This document shows positions 7,379 to 14,092 of a stretch of 14,230 nt of DNA, in pieces (the first letter of the stretch is position 1; every line of letters begins with the position of its first letter). The notes under the pieces are model-generated. The model saw nothing but the letters and a program-made list of their open reading frames with translations, was not told where the DNA came from and did no database searches. The translations under genes were made by a program, and so were the position numbers. This DNA is from an uncultured archaeon (lineage in GTDB: Archaea; Asgardarchaeota; Jordiarchaeia; Jordiarchaeales; Jordiarchaeaceae), in the NCBI GenBank assembly GCA_964510585.1, contig CAZECW010000037.1, positions 1 through 14,230 on the forward strand, read 5' to 3'.

Positions 7379-8839
7379 ATGTATGTGGAGAAGCCTAATT
7401 TGCCTAAAAAAACGCTAACAAGGCAGAATCATAAGGGCATTTTGAAATCTCTGGAGAGGATTGTTGGGAAAAATTTTGTTTCCGACCGTTCGGAGGAACG
7501 CTACTACTATTCAGGTGACCCCAGTACTGAGGAATCACGCAGTCCAGGATTTGTGGTGTTGCCTGGAAATGTGGAGGAGATTCGGGAAATACTGTTGTTG
7601 GCCAATAGGGAGGGAGTTCCCATAACTCCTCGGGTTGGCGGTATGACTCTGTCTGGACTGGCGATACCGTGTGAGGGGGGCATAGTGCTGGACTTAAAAA
7701 GAATGGATAAAATTGTGGAATTAAATAAAAGTTCCATGTACGTGGTGGTGGAGTGTGGAGTAACAGTGGGCCAGCTTAAGACCTATCTTGAGGAGAACTG
7801 CTCCAATCTCTGGTTTAGTATGCCCCACGCTCCTCCCTCCGTGGGCGTTATTCCCAACGCGTTAATACACGGTTTGGGCCAATTGTCGCTTAGTTATGGT
7901 GCAAACTCAGACTTTGTTAATGGTTTGGAGGTGGTTCTTCCCACAGGAGAAATTCTAAGAACCGGCTCCTGCGCGTTGGGTAAGTCCTGGCTCACCAAAT
8001 ACTGCCTCCCCGATTTTACGGGACTCTTTCTGGGCTGGTTCGGCGCCACAGGCATAATCACCAAGGCTTCTGTGCAGCTCTGGCCGAAGCCCAATTTTAG
8101 GGACGCTCTGTTCTACAAAATCTATAATGTAAATGACATTCCTGAAATCTTCTTGAAGATGACTAGGAGTGAAGTGTGTGAAGACATTTGTATGTTTAGT
8201 TGGACAGGAACCAGCGGCAGAGAAAGGTTCCCCCTGCCCGAAAAACCCTCGGATGTTTCAGAAATCACCATGGACATTGTTTTAAACGGCAAATCCCTAG
8301 AAGAAATAGAATATAAGAAGCGGACTGTGAAAAGCATCGCAGAGAACCTGTTAAACAACGGTATCCAGATTGAGGAATACGCCCGCTCCCCACAGGCAAA
8401 AAAGGAGGTTTTAATGGTTCCACGAACCTTCCCCTTTATGGACTTATTGCAGGGTGGAGGAGCCGAGTACCTAGGATGCTACATACCTTCACCCTTGATT
8501 GACACTGCCTATAAGAGGGGGGTTGAAATAGCTAAAAGACACGGATTTCAATATTTGCACTTTCTGAGGCCTATGCGCTCAGGACACGCTATTTGCATTT
8601 TGTTCATATTTCCCTTTGACAAAAGAGACCCCAATCAAGTCAAAAAACTAGTAAACGTCTTGAAGGAACTCTCTCAGGACTGTATTAATCTTGGGGGTGT
8701 GCTTTGGAAGCCTTCCCCTACACTTCAAAATATTGTTCTGAAAAATGCTGATTCAGAATACCTCAAACTTATGAAAAAAATAAAAAAATTATTGGATCCC
8801 CGAGGGATAATGGCTCCCGGGCAATGGATGCTCTATTAG
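7379..8839 (+). CDS. FAD-binding oxidoreductase (FAD_binding_4/VAO-PCMH fold), paralog 2
   Basis: Collinear with 4629-6080 over its full length, including a 58-aa identical block. Confidence 0.9.
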   Translation: MYVEKPNLPKKTLTRQNHKGILKSLERIVGKNFVSDRSEERYYYSGDPSTEESRSPGFVVLPGNVEEIREILLLANREGVPITPRVGGMTLSGLAIPCEGGIVLDLKRMDKIVELNKSSMYVVVECGVTVGQLKTYLEENCSNLWFSMPHAPPSVGVIPNALIHGLGQLSLSYGANSDFVNGLEVVLPTGEILRTGSCALGKSWLTKYCLPDFTGLFLGWFGATGIITKASVQLWPKPNFRDALFYKIYNVNDIPEIFLKMTRSEVCEDICMFSWTGTSGRERFPLPEKPSDVSEITMDIVLNGKSLEEIEYKKRTVKSIAENLLNNGIQIEEYARSPQAKKEVLMVPRTFPFMDLLQGGGAEYLGCYIPSPLIDTAYKRGVEIAKRHGFQYLHFLRPMRSGHAICILFIFPFDKRDPNQVKKLVNVLKELSQDCINLGGVLWKPSPTLQNIVLKNADSEYLKLMKKIKKLLDPRGIMAPGQWMLY

Positions 8840-8867
8840 GGGTGAACTCACACTCTAAGACTCACTA

Positions 8868-8907
8868 CTCCCTTTTTGGCATTTACATAAAAGAAGGGGG
8901 AATTTTT
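8868..8907. terminator. Probable bidirectional terminator region between convergent genes
   Basis: CCCTTTTT on the plus strand and AAAAGAAGGGGG (pyrimidine/T-rich on the minus strand) within a 68-bp convergent gap. Confidence 0.3.
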
Positions 8908-9951
8908 TTATTCGAAAACTTTGCCTGCTCCCCCAACGGTGAGCTTCTCACCCAAGCTTAGACGTACCAAGTTGCTTAGTATGTAGGGTTCCAAGTTCTG
9001 TGCTTTGGCTCTGCTTCTGAGACCGAGAACACACATAGGGCAGAGAAAAACCATTGCTTCAGCTCCATGCTCCTTGGCGTCCATCAGGTTCTTGTTCCGC
9101 CACTCTTCCAATTCCTCTTTGGACACCGTGGACATTGCTCCCTGCGCCCCACCGCAGCACAAGGCATACATCCTGTCATATTTCCTATTCACCCTTTCAA
9201 CTCCTATGAGTTTAAAGAGTTCGTCAAGCATTTTGTCTTTGGCAAAGGTGTATCTTGAGGCGCAAGGCTGCTGGTACGCTATTTTCATGTTAAGCTTTTT
9301 TACTTCGTTCTTGTGAGCTTTGACGTAGTCCCTCAGATACTCTATTATGTGTATTGGTTTGAATGGTAGTTTTATTCCAAATTCGTGAACCTTGTTGCCT
9401 AAGAGGGCGTAGCAGTCGTCGTGGTAGCATATGACCTCTTTGGCTCCCACCTCCTTCACTACCTTGGACAAGTTGTCGACAAACTTTTGGGCGTTTTGTT
9501 TAACCATGCTGGGCTTACCGACGTGAATCCAGCCGATGTAGCAGAAGTAGTCTCCACCCTTAGTAATGGTTAACCCATCGAAAAGCCGGCCTTCAATAAC
9601 TCCTGGGAGAAGGTCTACCGTACAGAGGTTCAAAACTGGTTTACCCTTTTCACCCTTCTTAACTTCGGAGGGCAGTTGGGAGGCCATACTCATCATACTC
9701 ACTGCTCTCTCTGTTGCTGGAAAAGTCCCAGTTTCTTCCTGCCTTTGATTAATTAAGTCGAAGGGATTGGCTCCCTCAGGACAGTACATGTTGCAGGCAC
9801 AGCAGGTTATGCACTCCGAGGTTACTGGTGTGGGTTCTCCCTTAATTAACTTTTTAAATTCCTCCTTAGCTTTTTCCTCGGGGTAGGCTAAATAGGCGCA
9901 CTTCATGAGGCACTCTCCACAGAGGGTGCACTTTTCTTCATAAAACATCAT
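8908..9951 (-). CDS. (Fe-S)-binding protein with CCG domains (first CCG domain degenerate)
   Basis: CTLCGECLMKC and CITCCACNMYCP ferredoxin motifs; C-terminal YQQPCASR, LCCGG, FLCPMC. Start moved to the ATG at 9951 (or 9948) because GGAGG lies at 9960-9956. Confidence 0.85.
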   Translation of the reverse strand: MMFYEEKCTLCGECLMKCAYLAYPEEKAKEEFKKLIKGEPTPVTSECITCCACNMYCPEGANPFDLINQRQEETGTFPATERAVSMMSMASQLPSEVKKGEKGKPVLNLCTVDLLPGVIEGRLFDGLTITKGGDYFCYIGWIHVGKPSMVKQNAQKFVDNLSKVVKEVGAKEVICYHDDCYALLGNKVHEFGIKLPFKPIHIIEYLRDYVKAHKNEVKKLNMKIAYQQPCASRYTFAKDKMLDELFKLIGVERVNRKYDRMYALCCGGAQGAMSTVSKEELEEWRNKNLMDAKEHGAEAMVFLCPMCVLGLRSRAKAQNLEPYILSNLVRLSLGEKLTVGGAGKVFE

Positions 9952-10092
9952 ATTTCCTCCAATTAATTCTGCTAAATATCCTCTTCTAATCATATATTTT
10001 TTACTGCTCCACTAAAGTTTTGTAGTGGCGGAGTTGGAAAACAAAAATGATAAAAACTAACAGTGAGACTGGTATTTTTATAGGTATAAGGC

Positions 10093-10974
10093 TTATTCTG
10101 AATCGTATTTTAGGGCTGACTTCAGCGTTTCTATGTAGTTTATTCTTCTAATAGCGTCCTTTAGTGGGCCGTCAAAAAACTTTCGGGCTTCATCGAGACC
10201 TTTTCCGCCAAACCAAGTTTTGGACTTAATATTGGGGTCTAGTTTAGCTATTAGAATGTGCTCTCTTTCCAGGGGGGCTTCACCTATTTTTTCTCCAAAG
10301 GGTGAGAAAACGGCGCTTCGTCCGGGTAGTCTTCCAACCTTGGGGTGATAAGCAATTGGGTTAATCTGAACAATGAAGTAGCAGTTTTCTATGGCTCTCA
10401 CCCATGCAAACTCGTGAAACAACTGGAGTGAGAGTTCGTTGGCCAGGGTTGGGTGGAAAACGATTTCCGCACCCTTAAACTTTAGTGTTCTGGGGATTTC
10501 GCTCAGTAAAATGTCTCCACAAATTATGGCTCCTATCCTTCCAAATTCACTCTCTACGACGGGATATTTTCCTTCCAATTCATAGTATCCAGGGTAATAC
10601 CAAGCTCTACTAAAATCCACAACTTCACCCCGAGGAGAAACAATTATCCCCGCATTGTAAATTTTATCACCTTTTCGGGCCGGAATAGTGCCGCCCACCA
10701 GCCATACTCTCAACTCTCTCGCTTTCTCCCTAATTTTCTGGTATGTAGGGCCATCCAAGGACTCAACAACTTCCACCGGCCTTTTGTTCTCAAGCCAAGA
10801 ACCCACATTGAAAAACTCGGGAAGAGCAACAATCTCCGCTCCCCTACTCACCGCCCTCTCCACCATATCTAAAGCGTGGGAAACATTCTCATCTACATCA
10901 CACTTAGTAAAGGCGTCATTCAACCTCATCTGAATAGCAGCAACAGTAACTTCATTCACAGAAATCAACCCCAT
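10093..10974 (-). CDS. Carbon-nitrogen hydrolase (nitrilase superfamily) with atypical catalytic Lys site
   Basis: VAAIQM, ALPEFF (Glu), IYNAGII, GRIGAIICGD (Cys), GAEIVFHP, RAIEN and GRSAVFSPFG motifs. Confidence 0.87.
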   Translation of the reverse strand: MGLISVNEVTVAAIQMRLNDAFTKCDVDENVSHALDMVERAVSRGAEIVALPEFFNVGSWLENKRPVEVVESLDGPTYQKIREKARELRVWLVGGTIPARKGDKIYNAGIIVSPRGEVVDFSRAWYYPGYYELEGKYPVVESEFGRIGAIICGDILLSEIPRTLKFKGAEIVFHPTLANELSLQLFHEFAWVRAIENCYFIVQINPIAYHPKVGRLPGRSAVFSPFGEKIGEAPLEREHILIAKLDPNIKSKTWFGGKGLDEARKFFDGPLKDAIRRINYIETLKSALKYDSE

Positions 10975-11172
10975 AAGCGTAATACCAACTTCAACACTAG
11001 ATATAAATTTTTACAAAAAATGCTCCGTCAAACAATCTTCACTTTTGGAAAATATAAGTTGAATTCTGAAAATTTTTCAAATTAACTTTGTAAAGTTGCA
11101 AAAAATTAACCAAAACCCATAAAAAACTACACCCGCTTACGCGTTTTAGACAAGATATGAAAGAAGTTTTAC

Positions 11173-11448
11173 AAAACCTTGGTGAGAAAGCCCCCGACTT
11201 TAGTCGTGGGGATGAATCGCCAGAAAGTTTATTTGAAAGTAGGGTATGTAAATAGTTGTTGGTAGCTGAAGGGTTTGGCTTGGGCTTAAGAGGCTAAACA
11301 AGACGCAGCCCCCATGAGGGTGCCAACATAGACGCCGTTCCCTTGAGGGAAGGGCGTGTTAACTGGGTGATGGCACACCCATTGCTTCGAAGGCTCCCGA
11401 TGAGCCAGAAGCAAGAATCCCCGCGACTTTAGTCGCGGAGAGTGTCAA
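11173..11448 (+). mobile_element. Complete 276-bp non-autonomous IS200/IS605-family (IS608-like) mini element, copy 2
   Basis: TTAC at 11169-11172 immediately 5'; AAAG (11187-11190) at the foot of hairpin CCCC-CGACT-TT-AGTCG-T-GGGG (11191-11211); GAAT (11415-11418), hairpin CCGCGACT-TT-AGTCGCGG (11421-11438), terminal TCAA (11445-11448); no target duplication and no transposase ORF. Confidence 0.9.
11221..11235 (+). promoter_or_regulatory. Element-internal BRE/TATA-like promoter candidate
   Basis: CAGAAAG followed by TTTATTT (11228-11234), about 27 nt upstream of the start of the first predicted RNA stem (11255-11257). An alternative TATA is TATGTAAA (11245-11252), which reads TATATAAA in copy 1. 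Confidence 0.45.
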
Positions 11449-11468
11449 CATTCATAATGGCAGTTTAA
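11255..11468 (+). ncRNA. Candidate TnpB-type omegaRNA (scaffold ~11255-11448 plus ~20-nt flank-derived guide)
   Basis: Contiguous stems read by eye: 11257-64/11321-28, 11265-68/11306-09, 11273-79/11293-99, 11332-42/11347-57, 11364-69/11376-81, 11382-88/11408-14 enclosing 11392-96/11402-06, then the right-end hairpin. Ends at the IS right end, as TnpB omegaRNAs do. Confidence 0.6.
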
Positions 11469-11589
11469 AATTAAAAATTTGACGTAAATGGCAACACTTG
11501 AAAAACTTATTTCCCCAGCCTTCAATCGCCGGAAAATTATGAGGCATCCCACCGCGAATTTTTCGATTTTTGAACAATTATTTTGTTAG

Positions 11590-12339
11590 TTAAATTATAT
11601 TTATTATCCAGTCTACTACGGCGTCCATGGCCTTTTTGTTGTTCCTGATTTGGTGATTTACATTTTTGCAGATTAACAGTTTTTTGGGCTCCTTAGCATG
11701 CTGATATAGCTCGTAGGCGTTTTGAACTGGAATTATTTCGTCTTGGTCTCCGTGAACTATGAGAACCGGCCTGGGTGAAATACTTCCAGCCCAATTAAGA
11801 GGTTTCAAATTTTTTAGATCCACAAGTAATTCTTTTACTGTTTTCTCGACATTAGTTATCCTCAACATGCCGAATTCTTTTGCATATTTTATTCCTTCCA
11901 CTATTAGGGGAATTTTTTCAAGGTCTGAGGGACTAGAACAACTAGCGAAGGCTCTAACTCTGGGATCATTGGCTACAACAGACCAAGAAACGAATGCTCC
12001 AGCGCTGAAACTCACGAGCCCCAATCTTTTCGGGTCTATTCTTGGCAGAGAGGCAAGATAGGATATGGCGTCGTAAACATTGCGTGACCAGCCGGAAAAA
12101 CTGAATTCGCCTTCGCTGCCACTGGTGCCCTGAAAGTTGAAAATTAGTGCAGCGCATCCCCTTCCACAAAACTCCTTGGCTAATGAGGGGTACCCCTTCT
12201 CCTCAACTGGTTTATTCTCTCGGGGTAATCCGTGGCAGATGCATACTGCAGGCACCGGTTTGGCATCTTCGGGAAAAAAGATTGTTCCTCCCAGGCACAC
12301 CCCATTGCTGAGAATAGCAACCTTTCTACTCTCAATCAT
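11590..12339 (-). CDS. Alpha/beta hydrolase (serine, Ser-Asp-His triad)
   Basis: ICHG oxyanion segment, nucleophile elbow VSFSAG, IVHGDQDEII (Asp) and NVNHQI (His). Start moved to the ATG at 12339, which is preceded by a GGTG RBS-like sequence. Confidence 0.88.
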   Translation of the reverse strand: MIESRKVAILSNGVCLGGTIFFPEDAKPVPAVCICHGLPRENKPVEEKGYPSLAKEFCGRGCAALIFNFQGTSGSEGEFSFSGWSRNVYDAISYLASLPRIDPKRLGLVSFSAGAFVSWSVVANDPRVRAFASCSSPSDLEKIPLIVEGIKYAKEFGMLRITNVEKTVKELLVDLKNLKPLNWAGSISPRPVLIVHGDQDEIIPVQNAYELYQHAKEPKKLLICKNVNHQIRNNKKAMDAVVDWIINII

Positions 12340-12466
12340 ATTAACACCAAGCTTCGAACATTTGATGATAGAATAATTTATAATTTTCCAATTCATAAAC
12401 TATACATAGTATTATAATTAGGGAGTATAAAGTCTTATTCGATAGGAGAGGGTAAAAATTACAACC

Positions 12467-12991
12467 TTGCATGTGGAGGAAGCCCCCTTCGCAAGAGTTT
12501 TCGCATATAGGGTGATTTTCATCTTTTTCCTCAGTTTTATAGTGTTCGGAATTCTCGCATATGGACTGGGCCAGTTCTCAATTCAGCAATTATTCAGCAC
12601 ATCGATGAGCGCTGTCCAATTATTAGCCCTAGCATATCTGGGAGTAGCGTCTTTCCTAATCTATTTGGGAATTGTTTACTACAAGTTTAGATATGTGGTT
12701 AGGAGAGACAGATTACAGATTAAATTCTTCCCCTTCACAATTTCTATCCGCTACGACACAGTGTACGAAATTGATTTAGTCCCACATGAAAACTTGGAGC
12801 ATTCTCCCAAGTTTGGACTTATGATTCTGGGAAATTCCCTTATTGCCGTTGCAGGCAAAAAACCCGTTCTGTACATAAAAAGAATGGAGGGCATAATCAC
12901 AGACTTTTATATTTCCTCAGAATACCCGGAACAGTTGATTTCCAGAATTAAATTCAACATGAAGAAGTACTTCGCCCCCAGAAAAACTTGA
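12467..12991 (+). CDS. Hypothetical membrane protein (two N-terminal hydrophobic helices plus a soluble, possibly PH-like, C-terminal domain)
   Basis: Hydrophobic stretches VIFIFFLSFIVFGILAYGL and LLALAYLGVASFLIYLGIVY followed by a beta-rich region; divergent from the hydrolase. Confidence 0.65.
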   Translation: MHVEEAPFARVFAYRVIFIFFLSFIVFGILAYGLGQFSIQQLFSTSMSAVQLLALAYLGVASFLIYLGIVYYKFRYVVRRDRLQIKFFPFTISIRYDTVYEIDLVPHENLEHSPKFGLMILGNSLIAVAGKKPVLYIKRMEGIITDFYISSEYPEQLISRIKFNMKKYFAPRKT

Positions 12992-13027
12992 ACAGACACC
13001 CCAAAAATTTTCCAGCCCTTTTACGAT

Positions 13028-13909
13028 TCAGGGTTTTGCGAAGCCTCTTTTGAGCTCCAATCTTTGTAGAATGTTTTTCGCCGTTTCTTTTACGTCCTCG
13101 TCGGGATCCTCAGTGAAACCAGATAATTTCTGAATCAGATAATTTGTTTTTACTCCCCGATGGGCATAGGCTCCAAGTGCGAAAACAGCGTTGGCGCGCA
13201 CATGAGGATCAGGGTCATTTAGTAAGTTGAGTAGCGGCTTTAAGATTCTCTCGTCAACCTGTTTTTCTTCGGCGTTTTCCCCAATTACGAATGCAATTCC
13301 TTCACGAATTTGGGGATCCTTGTGACTTAAAAGTTCAATGAATCTTTCCAAGACTTGTTCCTTCATCTGCGCCCCGTCCCAGATGTTTTCCGCCAAGGCA
13401 ATAGAGAGTCCGACCTTAACATTGGAGTCCCGCGTTTCCAATATTTTTTCCATAAGTTCTGAATCGTTTTTTTCCAAAATTTCTTTTACAGCATAGATTC
13501 CAAGGGTCCAGCCCGCGTTGGCTCGGAGTTCCTTATCATCATCGGTGAGAAATCTGAGAAGCGTTTTTATGATTCCCCTACTATAAAAACCCAGCTTAGC
13601 ATACTCACCCAGAGCAGTGGTGGCGCGACAGCGCACCTTACTACTCCAATCCCTTAATAGTTTTATTAGTGGTTTCAGAGCAGACTCATCAAAAATTCCG
13701 CGAGAGGCATACTCCCCCACAGCAAAAGCCGAGTTCATCCGAACCTCCCTATCCTCATCCTGCAACATGGGTATAAGTAACTTTAAAGCCCTTCTATCAA
13801 GTTGACCTTGCAACGCGTATCTCCCAATGTTAAAAGCCGCACGGCTCCGCAACAATCTGTCCGAATCTGCCAATAGCCGAATCTGCTTTTCCAAGTCTTG
13901 CCCCTTCAA
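13028..13909 (-). CDS. HEAT-repeat (alpha-solenoid) protein
   Basis: About 7 repeats of the form L..LL.D.D..VR..AA.ALG.(Y)A; TTG start with GAGGGT 8 nt upstream. Confidence 0.9.
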   Translation of the reverse strand: MKGQDLEKQIRLLADSDRLLRSRAAFNIGRYALQGQLDRRALKLLIPMLQDEDREVRMNSAFAVGEYASRGIFDESALKPLIKLLRDWSSKVRCRATTALGEYAKLGFYSRGIIKTLLRFLTDDDKELRANAGWTLGIYAVKEILEKNDSELMEKILETRDSNVKVGLSIALAENIWDGAQMKEQVLERFIELLSHKDPQIREGIAFVIGENAEEKQVDERILKPLLNLLNDPDPHVRANAVFALGAYAHRGVKTNYLIQKLSGFTEDPDEDVKETAKNILQRLELKRGFAKP

Positions 13910-13936
13910 TTTGCAGTACCCTCATTTTGTTGCTTA

Positions 13937-14092
13937 CTATTTTTTACGTGTATCCTGCTGACTAACTTTAACCCCTATAAATATTACTGCAATTCCAGTT
14001 ATTTCTGTAGCAGCCGGAATTAAACGTACCAATAGTGGCGGCAAAAAAAAGTTCTTCACAAAATCCAAAGGAATTGGGATGGGATAGATAAG
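13937..14092 (-). pseudogene. Probable 3' remnant of a small membrane-protein gene interrupted by element copy 3
   Basis: 51 open codons beginning exactly at the element junction (LIYPIPIP...LLVRLIPAATEITGIAVIFIGVKVSQQDTRKK*) with a hydrophobic helix and a basic tail; stops 27 nt before the co-oriented HEAT gene. Confidence 0.45.

Noticed and set aside
10003-10034. CCACTA/TAGTGG hairpin between the nitrilase and Fe-S genes
   Set aside because: Only 6 bp with weak extension, and not similar enough to the element hairpins to call a remnant.
11067-11097. Short palindromes TGAAAA-T-TTTTCA and AACTTT-GT-AAAGTT upstream of the nitrilase gene
   Set aside because: 6-bp arms in a very AT-rich tract; likely chance.
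11524-11538. AATCGCCGGAAAATT resembling the element-internal AATCGCCAGAAAGTT (13/15)
   Set aside because: No flanking hairpin or further homology; cannot be distinguished from chance or a generic promoter-like sequence.
1364-13805. Numerous antisense or alternate-frame ORFs of 60-150 aa overlapping the annotated genes (for example 2059-2508, 3944-4375, 4672-5013)
   Set aside because: They are shadows of well-supported genes, with no motifs or RBS support.
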